DNA of 59,798 bases, counting the filler. It is 4 parts of 4 records of this genome, joined end to end, with 100 filler letters (N's around TTAATTAATTAA, not from the genome) between each part and the next. Parts side by side here need not be neighbours in the genome. Positions count along the whole stretch, not along the records: positions 31,740 to 53,696 come from DRR723986_11695; positions 53,797 to 59,798 come from DRR723986_11704; 2 more parts are not named here. The stretch is one strand, 5' to 3'. Below are positions 50,913 to 59,798 of the stretch, piece after piece. The position numbers and the translations under genes were made by a program. The notes under the pieces were generated by a model. The model made no database searches. It saw only the letters and a list, made by a program, of their open reading frames with translations, and was not told the DNA's origin. Numbering within the stretch: the first letter of the stretch is position 1; each line of letters begins with the position of its first letter.

Positions 50913-52010
50913 ATGGCAATCAAAAATGCTCTGCTGGTGGACGACTCCAAAGTTGCCAGGTTTGCGCTAAGCAAACTGCTCGAGAGTCGGGACATGGAAG
51001 TGAACATGGCGGGATCAGCAGAAGAAGCGCTGGATTTCCTGAAGAGCCACGACCGGCCAGACGTGATCTTTATGGATCACCTGATGCCCGGCATGAATGG
51101 CGTGGAAGCCACCAAGGCCATCAAGAACAACCCGGAAACGGCCGGCATTCCGATCATCATGTGTACCTCCAAGAAATCCTCTTCCTTTATGGAGGAAGCG
51201 CGCAACTTTGGTGTCTACAACATCCTTACCAAGCCGCCTCACAACGAAGGTCTCAACCTGATGCTGGAGCAGTTGGCCAGTGACGTCGAGCAGGGGAACG
51301 TGCCAGAAGCACCTGTTGAAATGAACGGCCATGACCTGCGCGAGTCAGATGACGAACCCATGGACTTTCCGGAGGATGCCTCTGTGCAACTGTCGCCAAA
51401 AGCAGAAAGCGGCCTGAACGGCCAAAGCGCCCCGAATGTGGTGCCTCTGACCAGCGACCTGATTGAGCAGATTGCCCGCTCGGCGGTCAAGACTCATATC
51501 AACAACCGGCTGCATGAACTGCTCAGCTCCCTTTTCGATGAACAGTTCGATCACCTCAAGCGTGCGCTGGACGAAACCCGCAGCAGGCAGGAAGCCACTA
51601 TCGAGGAGCGCCTGGAGTCACTCAGCAAGATGCTGGATGAACGCACCCGCAACCTGCGCGACGAAGTGGCGGCCGAAGTTAACCTGAATCTGGGTCGCGA
51701 GCTTACTTCCCTGAAAAAAGAACTCTCCAAAAACGCCGGATTCACCTCCGAGCATATGGCAGAGCTGAAGGACCACATCACCAGCGTACAGACCATCGAC
51801 ACCGAGTTCTGGCAAACCCTGCAGTCGGAAGCCATTCAGCAGGCCCACGAGATTTCCCGGGAGACCGCCGAGGACATTGCCCAGCGCACCATCGATCTGT
51901 ACGTGTCTCAGCAGCGCTCGGCCAACTCGCGCATCTATACCGTTGGCTTGGCCATCAGTCTGGGTATTTTCAGCGTAGGAATCGCCTGGTTATCCGGCCT
52001 GTTCGGCTAA
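50913..52010 (+). CDS. Response regulator receiver domain with coiled coil and C-terminal TM helix
   Basis: [18 protein letters not shown] and LTKP motifs; heptad-rich C-terminal half; terminal [25 protein letters not shown]. Confidence 0.88.
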   Translation: MAIKNALLVDDSKVARFALSKLLESRDMEVNMAGSAEEALDFLKSHDRPDVIFMDHLMPGMNGVEATKAIKNNPETAGIPIIMCTSKKSSSFMEEARNFGVYNILTKPPHNEGLNLMLEQLASDVEQGNVPEAPVEMNGHDLRESDDEPMDFPEDASVQLSPKAESGLNGQSAPNVVPLTSDLIEQIARSAVKTHINNRLHELLSSLFDEQFDHLKRALDETRSRQEATIEERLESLSKMLDERTRNLRDEVAAEVNLNLGRELTSLKKELSKNAGFTSEHMAELKDHITSVQTIDTEFWQTLQSEAIQQAHEISRETAEDIAQRTIDLYVSQQRSANSRIYTVGLAISLGIFSVGIAWLSGLFG

Positions 52011-52610
52011 TTGCCCACGGACCTGCTGCCAGTCCTGAGGGGTGTCAACGTCCTGTTGCACCCCTGCTATTTCAACCGGACGGGTTCCGGCCCGGTTCAG
52101 AACCACCCCCGCCCCCGCATCGCCCTTAAGCAATAACAGATCTCCCCAGAGCGATTTCGGAATCCAGGCTGGCACGCCTACCCGCTTGCCATAACTGGCT
52201 GCCCAGGGCACCTCTGGCTTCCGCCGGGCGTTTGCGGACAGCCGTCTGAGCCCTTCGGTATCCAGTAAGGGCTGGTCTGCCAACAGCACAAACACACCCA
52301 AAGCAGCGGGAGAAAGCGCCTGCAGGCCGGCAATCAACGACGTCGACAAGCCCTCCCGCCAACGCTCGTTAACCACCCAGTGCGCCGGTTGCCGATTGCA
52401 GCGAAAGCGCACCAGAGGGTAGCCTGCGCCCGCAACCACCCACGTCTGCGCCGATAGCTGTCGCACCTGACTAATGGCGTGCCCCAGCAATGAATCGCCA
52501 CCTGGCAGTTTCAAGGCCTGCTTGTAACACCCCATTCGTCTCGCCTGGCCGGCTGCCAGCACCAATGCCGGAAACTGCGGATCCTTGATGCTATGATTCG
52601 CGTTTATGAT
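51990..52610 (-). CDS. Nucleotidyltransferase family protein (MocA/MobA-like); start uncertain
   Basis: [30 protein letters not shown] and DVDTPQD. The track ORF's extension to 53552 is the antisense shadow of the QueD-like gene. Confidence 0.85.
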   Translation of the reverse strand: MINANHSIKDPQFPALVLAAGQARRMGCYKQALKLPGGDSLLGHAISQVRQLSAQTWVVAGAGYPLVRFRCNRQPAHWVVNERWREGLSTSLIAGLQALSPAALGVFVLLADQPLLDTEGLRRLSANARRKPEVPWAASYGKRVGVPAWIPKSLWGDLLLLKGDAGAGVVLNRAGTRPVEIAGVQQDVDTPQDWQQVRGQLAEQAG

Positions 52611-52688
52611 GCGCCCCCTGAAACTGCTGAATGCAGCGATTTTTGCTAGAATTCCGCCATCATGCAACCTGACCACGCCGGACCCTCC

Positions 52689-53543
52689 ATGAACCATCTC
52701 TTTGTCGACAACCTCACTGTGATTGATTTCGCCTATCTGGATCCCGCTCGAGGCCTGGTTGGCGAAAGCTGGATTGCCGATGTGGTGCTGGGAGGAGAAC
52801 TGGACGAACAGGGTATGGTCTTTGACTTCAGCAACGTCAAGCGCACCATCAAAAGGGTGATTGACGAACGCGTTGACCACCGGTTGGTGATTCCCCGCGG
52901 ATACGAAGGCCTGCAATGGAGCGAGGACGCGCCCAACACTTTCTGCTGGGCACTCTCTGGCGGCGGTCACATCGAGCACAGCTCGCCGGACGAAGCCGTT
53001 GTCTGGCTGTCCTCGGACCGGGTCGTCCCGTCTGCTGTGGCCGCCCTGCTGGAAAAAGAGCTTAAAGCCGTTCTGCCCGGCAATGTCACCTCCGTCGACA
53101 TCAACCTGCGCGAAGAAGTCATCGAAGGCGCTTACTACCACTATGTTCACGGCCTGAAAAAGCACCTGGGCAACTGCCAGCGCATTGCCCATGGGCATCG
53201 CTCCCCGATACGCATTGACCGCAACGGACACCGGGCCTATGACCTGGAAGAACGCTGGGCGAAGCTCTGGCAGGATATCTATGTGGGCACGGAAGAAGAC
53301 GTGGCTCGCCGGTTCGTGGGCGAGGATGGCATTGGCTATATCACCTTCGAGTATGAAGCCAACCAGGGAGAGTTTGCCCTGACACTGCCTGAGCACCGGG
53401 TATACATGCTGGAAACGGACACAACCGTAGAGCTGATTGCCGCCCACATTGCGGACAAACTGAAAGCGGAGTTCTCCGGAGAGGAAATTCGGGTAAAAGC
53501 CTACGAGGGAGTGGGCAAAGGCGCTATTGCCATACGAGCCTGA
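52689..53543 (+). CDS. Tandem T-fold 6-pyruvoyl/6-carboxy-tetrahydropterin synthase-like protein
   Basis: First domain GMVFDFS...VDH; second domain HGLKKHLGNCQRIAHGHRS, DTTVELIA and AYEGVGKGA. Confidence 0.8.
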   Translation: MNHLFVDNLTVIDFAYLDPARGLVGESWIADVVLGGELDEQGMVFDFSNVKRTIKRVIDERVDHRLVIPRGYEGLQWSEDAPNTFCWALSGGGHIEHSSPDEAVVWLSSDRVVPSAVAALLEKELKAVLPGNVTSVDINLREEVIEGAYYHYVHGLKKHLGNCQRIAHGHRSPIRIDRNGHRAYDLEERWAKLWQDIYVGTEEDVARRFVGEDGIGYITFEYEANQGEFALTLPEHRVYMLETDTTVELIAAHIADKLKAEFSGEEIRVKAYEGVGKGAIAIRA

Positions 53544-53605
53544 ACCGGCCATCCGGGATTGGCGCCCTAAACGGCGCGAATCCCGCAGCTCATTCGTTCA
53601 GACAC

Positions 53606-53633
53606 AAAAAAACCGCCCGAAGGCGGTTTTTTT
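53606..53633. terminator. Bidirectional rho-independent terminator
   Basis: A7-CCGCC-CGAA-GGCGG-T7. Confidence 0.9.
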
Positions 53634-53669
53634 GATGGCTATCCGGTGGACTAAACCGTCAAGCCTAAT

Positions 53670-53696
53670 TGGCGTCCCCTAGGGGGTTCGAACCCC
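53670..53696 (-). tRNA. tRNA-Glu, 3' fragment (T-arm, acceptor strand and CCA) cut by contig end
   Basis: The reverse complement GGGGTTCGAACCCCCTAGGGGACGCCA matches the 3' end of gammaproteobacterial tRNA-Glu. The anticodon is not visible. Confidence 0.8.
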
Positions 53697-53796
53697 NNNN
53701 NNNNNNNNNNNNNNNNNNNNNNNNNNNNNNNNNNNNNNNNTTAATTAATTAANNNNNNNNNNNNNNNNNNNNNNNNNNNNNNNNNNNNNNNNNNNN
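53697..53796. other. Artificial contig spacer
   Basis: Ns flanking TTAATTAATTAA. Confidence 0.99.
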
Positions 53797-55350
53797 CCCG
53801 CCCCGGGCGCCGCCGCGACCACCCCTCTGGCCCGGCTGGCGGCCCTGCGCGCGCAGGGTCTGCCCAGCCCGGCGGCACCCGCCGTCGGCGCCCCGGCCGC
53901 CGCCGGGGTCCTGCCTGCGGACGGGCACCGCTTCGCCGCGCCGAAACAGGCCGCCCGGACCCTGACCTCCAGCGCCGACGAGCGTGAGCGCATGACCGTC
54001 TTCGGTGCGCGCAACAACGACCGGATCGGCGGCAAGCCGCGCTTCCTCGGGTTGATGCTGACAGCCGCTCTGCTGATCTTCCTCGCCGGGGTCGCCGCAT
54101 GGGCCTCCGTCTTCCTCGACGAGGGGCTCGCGCGCTTGTTCCGCAGCCCGGAACCCGAGACACAGGTCGCCAGCCTGCCCGCCGAGGTCGATCCCGAGCC
54201 GGAAACCGCGACGCCGCCGGACACGCCGCCTCAGGCCGCCTCGTCCGAGGATCTGCAGCTCGCCGCCCTCGACCCGTCGACGGAGACCCCCGAGCGCGAA
54301 GCCACCTTCGACGTCGTTCCCGCGCCGGAACCCGCCACCGAGGCGCTGTCGCAGCCGGTCGTGCCCCGCGCCCTGTCGCCCGAGGAAGCGGCCGCGACCT
54401 ATGCCGCCACCGGCATCTGGCAGCGCGCCCCGGCGCCGCCGCTGACCCCGCCGGACGAGGGGGTCGAGGACGTCTACGTGGCCTCCATCGACCCGGACGT
54501 CGAAAGCTCGGACGCGATCGCCCTGCCCGCCGCGCTGTCGCCTACCGATGAGCCGGTGCTCGAGGAACCGGGGCTTCCGCCGCCCGCCGGGATGACCTTC
54601 GACATAGACGACCGGGGCCTTGTGCGCGCCACGCCAGAAGGCGCCCTGACGCCGGACGGGCTGCGCATCTTCGCGGGCCTGCCGCCCGCGGTGCCGCCGC
54701 TGCGCAGCCCGCCCGAGGCAGAACCGGACTCCGAGGCGCCCGAGGCGGAGCCGCCGGTCGTCGACCGGCTCGAGCAGTTCCGCGACCTGCGTCCGCGCGC
54801 CCGCCCCTCTGACGTGATCGAACAGCGCGAGCGGGCGACCCTTCAGGGCATCTCGCGCAGCGAACTGGCCGCGTTCCGCCCGGTCTCGCGGCCGGTCTCG
54901 GTGCAGGAAGAGGCCGCCGCCGCCGAAGAGCCGGAGACCCCCGCCACGGCGCAGGCGGTGCTTGCCTCTCCGGCCCCGGTCCTGCGCCCGGGCAACTTCG
55001 CCGCCATCGTCCAGCGCGCCGAACGCACGCCCCAGCCCGAGGCCGAGGCGGCCCCGGTGCAGACCGCCGCCGTGGCGCCGCGCACCGTGTCTCCGGCGGT
55101 GCCCTCCAGCGCCAGCGTCGCGAAATCGGCCACCGTGCGCAATGCCATCAACCTCGGCAAGATCAACCTGATCGGCGTCTACGGCACCCCGAACAACCGC
55201 CGCGCGCTAGTGCGGCTGTCCAACGGCAAGTATCAGAAGGTCAAGGTCGGCGACCGCCTCGACGGCGGGCGCGTCTCTGCCATCGGCGATGCGGATCTGC
55301 GCTACACCAAGGGCAACCGCAATCTGACCCTGCAGATGCCCAGCGGCTGA
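53797..55350 (+). CDS. Pro/Ala/Glu-rich bitopic membrane protein with a C-terminal PilP/GspC-HR-like domain; 5'-truncated
   Basis: Frame is open from the contig start. TM helix LGLMLTAALLIFLAGVAAWASVFL; C-terminal NLIGVYGTPNNRRALVRLSNGKYQKVKVGDRLDGGRVSAI. Confidence 0.7.
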   Translation, partial: PAPGAAATTPLARLAALRAQGLPSPAAPAVGAPAAAGVLPADGHRFAAPKQAARTLTSSADERERMTVFGARNNDRIGGKPRFLGLMLTAALLIFLAGVAAWASVFLDEGLARLFRSPEPETQVASLPAEVDPEPETATPPDTPPQAASSEDLQLAALDPSTETPEREATFDVVPAPEPATEALSQPVVPRALSPEEAAATYAATGIWQRAPAPPLTPPDEGVEDVYVASIDPDVESSDAIALPAALSPTDEPVLEEPGLPPPAGMTFDIDDRGLVRATPEGALTPDGLRIFAGLPPAVPPLRSPPEAEPDSEAPEAEPPVVDRLEQFRDLRPRARPSDVIEQRERATLQGISRSELAAFRPVSRPVSVQEEAAAAEEPETPATAQAVLASPAPVLRPGNFAAIVQRAERTPQPEAEAAPVQTAAVAPRTVSPAVPSSASVAKSATVRNAINLGKINLIGVYGTPNNRRALVRLSNGKYQKVKVGDRLDGGRVSAIGDADLRYTKGNRNLTLQMPSG

Positions 55351-55674
55351 GGCCGAAGCCCCGGCCCGATCCCTCCTTCGACCGAAAGCGCACCCTCGCG
55401 CCGCCAGAGGCGCTTGCGCCGCGTGATGCCTGACCGGGCGCCGTGCGGCCCCGTCCGCTTTGCGCCCGTCCCGCCCCCGCCGCCGGTATCCTCGGCGACG
55501 GACGCAGGGGGCGGATATCCGCCAGACATCGCCGACGATCCGCCACCGACGGCGCCCCGCCCCCGCATCCCGGCGCGGCCAAAGAGTTTGCAAGCTGCGC
55601 CGGATGGGTGCAGGCTTCCCCGGCGTAATTCCGGTTCGAGCCGGGCGAAAAATTTGATCTCGAAAGGATAGACA

Positions 55675-57762
55675 ATGGCCACCCTTCAGGGCGACAGCCT
55701 CAGCTTCGTGGAAACCCTCTTCGACGATGGCGGTGTCACCGTCACGTTGAACTCCGTCTACAGCGTCGCCGCCGCGACCATCGGCAGCACGACCTACGTC
55801 TACGCGGGCAGCTCCTCTTCCGGAGGGGTTCAGATCATGACCCTGTCGGAGGACGGCAGCTTGACCCCGGTCACCCGCATCACCGACACCGGACTGACGG
55901 CCCTTGCCGGGACGCGGGAACTGAAGGTCTTCGAAGTCGACGGCAACCCGTTCCTCGCCGTCAACGGCCACGCGGATCAAGGCATCACGATCCTGTCCCT
56001 GACCGATGGCGCGCCCTATGCCACGCCCGTGGATGCGGTGTTCCAGTCGGAAGACGTGAACTACAACCTGGGAAGCCTTGGCGATCTGGAAATCCTGAAC
56101 CTCTCGGGCGGCACGTTCCTTTATGCAGCCGGCGAATCCAGCGATGGCCTCAGCGTCTTTTCGGTGTCCAGCTCGGGTGTTCTGACCTCTGTCCAGAATG
56201 TGGACGACGACGACACCACCGTTCTTAACGGGTCCTGGGCCCTGACCTCGTTCCAAAGGGGCTCGACGCCCTACATCGCGGCCGCTTCCTTTGCAGACGA
56301 CAGCGTCACGGTGTTTTCGGTCAACCCGTCCACCGGCTTGCTCACCCGCATCGCGGATCTGGGCGGGGCGAGCAATGGCATCCTCGACGGGGCCGCGCAA
56401 TCCGACGCGCTGGTGATCGATGGCACCGCGTACATATACGTGCCGGAGCAGTCGGGGCATGCGATCACGGTCCTCGCCTTCGACGGCACCACGTTGATCG
56501 ATGTCCAGCGGCTTCAGTCGACCAGTTTCATCGGCGGTGCGCGCGACGCCGAAATCGTGACGCTGGGCGACAAGTCCTACCTCGTCGTCACCGCACAGAG
56601 CGACGGTGTGCTGTTCTTCGAAATCGACACCGCGCCCCTCAGCCCCACGGCGGGCGAACTGACCCTCGTCGAGACCATCGAGGACAACAACGGCGAAGGA
56701 GCACTCGCCTTCATGGGCCACAGCGCCAACGTCACGATCGGCGACCGCACCTTCGTGTTGGCCCCCGCACGCAGTGACCATGCGCTCAACGTCTACGAGA
56801 TCGGCGCGGGCGACGACCTTGTCGAGGGCACCAACGCGGCCGACGATCTCAGCGGCGGGGGCGGCGACGACACCCTGACCGGCTTCGGCGGCAACGACGA
56901 GATGTCAGGCGGCGACGGCGGCGACGAGATGGACGGCGGCTCGGGCAACGACACGATGTTCGGCGGCGCGGATGACGACGACCTCTTTGGCGGCTCCGGC
57001 GACGACAGCATGGAGGGTGGCGCGGGCGCGGACATGCTGCGCGGCGAGGGCGGCGGAGACCTCTTGCGCGGCGATGCCGGGTCCGACTGGATGGACGGCG
57101 GCTCTGGCTCGGACACGCTGTCGGGCAACGACGGAGAGGACACGCTGCGCGGCGGCGACGACAACGACGCGATCTACGGTGGCAACGACGGGGACGCCAT
57201 CGCGGGCAACCTCGGCGCCGATTTCCTGCGCGGCAACAACGGTGACGACGCTGTCTATGGCGGTGCGGGCAACGACGACCTCGGCGGCGACGCGGGGAAC
57301 GACACCGTGGACGGGGGCCTTGGCGACGACCTGCTGCGCGGCGGCAACGACGACGACCTGCTGCTGGGTGGACGCGGAGCGGACACGCTTGCGGGCAACT
57401 CGGGCGACGACACGCTGCGCGGCGGGGCCGACGCCGACCTGATCATCGGCGGCACCGGCACCGACCTGATGTACGGCGACAGCGGCGCGGATGTCTTCGT
57501 CTTCGACAACGTCAACCAGAGCATCCACGGCTCTGCCCGCGACACCATCGCCGATTTCGCGGTGGGCGTGGACAAGATCGACCTGTCGGGCTTCGCCGGC
57601 ACCCTGACCTTCGTCGCCAGCTACACCGGCGCGGGCAACGAGGTGCGCTACAGCCAGCCGACCGGGCGGCTTTACCTCGACGTGGACGGCGACGGGGCGA
57701 GCGATTTCTCGGTCGACGTGACCGGCAATCCGGCGCTCACGGCGAGCGATCTGATCCTGTAA
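55675..57762 (+). CDS. Secreted beta-propeller plus RTX Ca2+-binding repeat protein (T1SS substrate-like), paralogue 1
   Basis: No Sec signal. Propeller-like blades (TYVYAG, TFLYAAG..SDGLSVF), 26 GGxGxDxLx nonapeptides and a serralysin-like C-terminus DTIADF..GVDKIDLS. Confidence 0.88.
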   Translation: MATLQGDSLSFVETLFDDGGVTVTLNSVYSVAAATIGSTTYVYAGSSSSGGVQIMTLSEDGSLTPVTRITDTGLTALAGTRELKVFEVDGNPFLAVNGHADQGITILSLTDGAPYATPVDAVFQSEDVNYNLGSLGDLEILNLSGGTFLYAAGESSDGLSVFSVSSSGVLTSVQNVDDDDTTVLNGSWALTSFQRGSTPYIAAASFADDSVTVFSVNPSTGLLTRIADLGGASNGILDGAAQSDALVIDGTAYIYVPEQSGHAITVLAFDGTTLIDVQRLQSTSFIGGARDAEIVTLGDKSYLVVTAQSDGVLFFEIDTAPLSPTAGELTLVETIEDNNGEGALAFMGHSANVTIGDRTFVLAPARSDHALNVYEIGAGDDLVEGTNAADDLSGGGGDDTLTGFGGNDEMSGGDGGDEMDGGSGNDTMFGGADDDDLFGGSGDDSMEGGAGADMLRGEGGGDLLRGDAGSDWMDGGSGSDTLSGNDGEDTLRGGDDNDAIYGGNDGDAIAGNLGADFLRGNNGDDAVYGGAGNDDLGGDAGNDTVDGGLGDDLLRGGNDDDLLLGGRGADTLAGNSGDDTLRGGADADLIIGGTGTDLMYGDSGADVFVFDNVNQSIHGSARDTIADFAVGVDKIDLSGFAGTLTFVASYTGAGNEVRYSQPTGRLYLDVDGDGASDFSVDVTGNPALTASDLIL
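56800..57501 (+). repeat. 26 tandem RTX nonapeptide repeats (27-nt period)
   Basis: Counted by hand from IGAGDDLVE to GDSGADVFV. Confidence 0.9.
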
Positions 57763-57770
57763 CGACGCAA

Positions 57771-57801
57771 CGGCGGCGCGGGCCCGCTTGCCGCGCCGCC
57801 G
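57771..57801 (+). terminator. Stem-loop between the two RTX genes
   Basis: CGGCGGCGCGG-N9-CCGCGCCGCCG inverted repeat. Confidence 0.6.
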
Positions 57802-57875
57802 GTTCTGGACAACAGTGCGCACGGGGACGCAGAACCCCTGATTTTTTCTGGTTCGAGCAGTACAAGGAATAAGAC

Positions 57876-59798
57876 ATGGCCATTTTGACGGGCACCAGCC
57901 TCGCATTGACCGACACGGTGTTCGACGATCCGGGACGGCTGCTTGCGCAGACCTATGCGACCGCCTCGATGACGATCGGCGGAACGACCTTCGTCTACGC
58001 AACCTCCTCCATCGACGGCGGAATCCAGATCGCCACCCTTTCGGCGCACGGACAGCTGACCCCGGTCGGGACCCTGCCCGACACCGTCGGCTCGGGCCTC
58101 GCGGGCACATGGGGCATCGAGGCCTTCGAGGTGGGCGGCGCGCCCTTCCTCGCGGTCGCCGGGCTGAACAGCAACGCCGTCTCGGTCTTTGCCCTGACGG
58201 GAACGGCACCCTACCTGACCGCCACGGACACCGTCTTTCAAAGCGACGACCCCGCCCTCCGGATATCCGACCCCATCGACATCCAGACCCTGACCCTGTC
58301 CGGCGGTACGTTCCTCTATGTCAGCGGATACGCCTCGAACGGGATCAGCGTCTTTCGGGTCGACGGCGGCGGCCAGTTGACCAATGTGCAGAACGTCACC
58401 GACAGCGGCACGTTGGAACTGAACGCCCCGCGCACGGTCAAGGGGTTCCTGCACGACGGCACGCAGTACCTGTTCGCCACCGGAGAGGTGGACGACGGCG
58501 TTTCCGTCTTCGCGGCGGACGGGACGAGCGGCGCCCTGTCGGAGGTCGCAAGCCTGAACGGCGCCGCGACCGGGATCCTCGACGGAGCCTATCTGGGCGA
58601 TGCGGCCACCATTGGCGGCACCACCTATCTCTACGTCCCCGAGACGCAGGGCGACGCCATCACCGTGCTGGCCTTCGACGGCAGCACGGTCTCGCTGGTG
58701 CAGCGGATCACCGACCCCGCCCTTCTGAACTTCGCGATTCAGGCCTCGGTGATCGTGGCGGGCGACCGGCTGCTGCTTTCGGTGGCGTCCTTCGCCTCCA
58801 GCACGGTCAGCCTGTACGAGATCGACACCGACGCGGCCAGCGCCGACAGCGGAAAGCTGACCGCCCTTCAGGTGCTCGAGGACGACACCGGCGCGGGCGC
58901 GTTGCTCAACCCGGTGGGCATGACGACGGTGAGCGTGGGCGGCACGCAATTCCTGCTGGTCAACAGCGGCGGCGACGGCGCGGTCAACGTGTACGAGATC
59001 GGCGGCGGCAACGACCTGATCGAGGGCACCGCGGCAGCGGATGTCATTTCGGGTGGCAGCGGGCTGGACACGATCCACGGCAATCAGGGCACCGACATCA
59101 TCCGCGGCGAGGGCGGCGCGGACTGGATCGACGGCGGATCGGAGTCGGACACCATCGCGGGCAATGACGGCGCGGACACCCTGCGCGGCGGCAGCGGCAA
59201 CGACGCGATCTACGGCGGCAACGGCGCGGATACCATCGCGGGCAACGGCGGCGCCGATTACCTGCGCGGCGGCAATGGCAACGACGCGCTCTACGGCGGG
59301 GCGGACCACGACGACATCGGCGGCGACGCCGGCGCGGATACCGTCGACGGCGGTCTCGGCAACGATCTGCTGCGCGGCGGAGAGGGCGGAGACCTACTGC
59401 TGGGGGCCAGCGGACAGGACACGCTGGCCGGGAACGCCGGGAACGACACGCTGCGAGGCGGCGCCGACAACGACCGCCTCATCGGCGGCAGCGGCACGGA
59501 TGTGCTTTACGGCGAGGGCGGCGCGGACGTTTTCGTGTTTCAGAACGCCGGACAAAGCCCGCACGGCGCGGCCCGCGACACCATCGCCGATTTCACCGCG
59601 GGGGTGGACAAGATCGACCTCTCCGGCTTCGACGGCACCCTGACCTTCACCGGCGCCACCTACACCGGCGCGGGCAACGAGGTCCGGTACAGCCAGCCCA
59701 CCGGGCGGCTTTATGTCGACATCGACGGCGACATGGCCTCGGACTTCTCGGTCGATCTGACCGGCAACCCGGCGCTGACGGCGGGCGACCTGATCCTC
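57876..59798 (+). CDS. Secreted beta-propeller plus RTX repeat protein, paralogue 2 (stop codon not in window)
   Basis: Absent from the ORF track. AAGGA RBS, then ATG 57876: MAILTGTSLALTDTVFDD...GNPALTAGDLIL, 641 codons, colinear with paralogue 1. Confidence 0.88.
   Translation, partial: MAILTGTSLALTDTVFDDPGRLLAQTYATASMTIGGTTFVYATSSIDGGIQIATLSAHGQLTPVGTLPDTVGSGLAGTWGIEAFEVGGAPFLAVAGLNSNAVSVFALTGTAPYLTATDTVFQSDDPALRISDPIDIQTLTLSGGTFLYVSGYASNGISVFRVDGGGQLTNVQNVTDSGTLELNAPRTVKGFLHDGTQYLFATGEVDDGVSVFAADGTSGALSEVASLNGAATGILDGAYLGDAATIGGTTYLYVPETQGDAITVLAFDGSTVSLVQRITDPALLNFAIQASVIVAGDRLLLSVASFASSTVSLYEIDTDAASADSGKLTALQVLEDDTGAGALLNPVGMTTVSVGGTQFLLVNSGGDGAVNVYEIGGGNDLIEGTAAADVISGGSGLDTIHGNQGTDIIRGEGGADWIDGGSESDTIAGNDGADTLRGGSGNDAIYGGNGADTIAGNGGADYLRGGNGNDALYGGADHDDIGGDAGADTVDGGLGNDLLRGGEGGDLLLGASGQDTLAGNAGNDTLRGGADNDRLIGGSGTDVLYGEGGADVFVFQNAGQSPHGAARDTIADFTAGVDKIDLSGFDGTLTFTGATYTGAGNEVRYSQPTGRLYVDIDGDMASDFSVDLTGNPALTAGDLIL
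58998..59537 (+). repeat. 20 tandem RTX nonapeptide repeats
   Basis: Counted by hand from IGGGNDLIE to GEGGADVFV. Confidence 0.9.

Noticed and set aside
52611-53552. Apparent 520-aa fusion extending the nucleotidyltransferase N-terminus
   Set aside because: The extension is the reverse complement of the QueD-like CDS.
53670-53696. tRNA 3' fragment as a possible prophage or island att site
   Set aside because: It is cut exactly at the contig end, has a terminator downstream and core genes beside it, and no integrase is visible. A break at a multicopy tRNA is the simpler explanation, though an att site cannot be excluded.
19403-53796. Three identical TTAATTAATTAA elements within N runs
   Set aside because: These are artificial all-frame-stop linkers between contigs. 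They are not biological repeats, and gene adjacency across them is meaningless.
19503-53804. Contigs 2-4 all begin with CCC(C)GCC
   Set aside because: Most likely an assembly or ordering artefact. The sequences diverge immediately and show no terminal inverted repeats or transposase.
56800-59537. Periodic 27-nt repeats as a possible CRISPR-like array
   Set aside because: They are degenerate in-frame RTX codon repeats with no identical repeat/unique spacer pattern and no cas genes.

Overview
This window is not one locus. Four unrelated contigs are joined by 100-nt N/TTAATTAATTAA spacers (19403-19502, 31640-31739, 53697-53796). Contig 1 (1-19402; alphaproteobacterial, Roseibium/Labrenzia-like by inference) has three parts: an IclR-linked catabolic cluster of unknown substrate (Tm-1/UPF0261 protein, aldehyde dehydrogenase, TctABC-type transporter, HAD hydrolase, class III aminotransferase); a LuxR-type regulator heading a bcsA-bcsB-bcsZ-celG/bcsK-like cellulose operon, preceded by a perfect CtrA-type box; and the start of an hpa (homoprotocatechuate) operon. 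Contig 2 (19503-31639; Rhodobacteraceae-like) is a minus-strand cluster with an aldo-keto reductase, a Liv-type ABC system, a divergent NadX/DUF108 protein, two glutamate-bridged Rieske oxygenases, a Pot-type ABC system lacking its binding protein, and a phosphoethanolamine-N-methyltransferase-like enzyme behind a BetI-like palindrome. It is the best candidate for an undescribed pathway. Contig 3 (31740-53696; gammaproteobacterial, Marinobacter-like by inference) is mostly core genome: maf, S49 peptidase, rluC, rne, yciI, rraA, ppsA/ppsR, an M16C protease, a PEGA-MORN protein, a tail-anchored response regulator, a QueD-like protein and a tRNA-Glu 3' end. Contig 4 (53797-59798; high-GC Rhodobacteraceae-like) carries a PilP/GspC-like protein and two tandem beta-propeller plus RTX paralogues, the second of which is missing from the ORF track. 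All calls come from motif recognition by eye; no searches were run.
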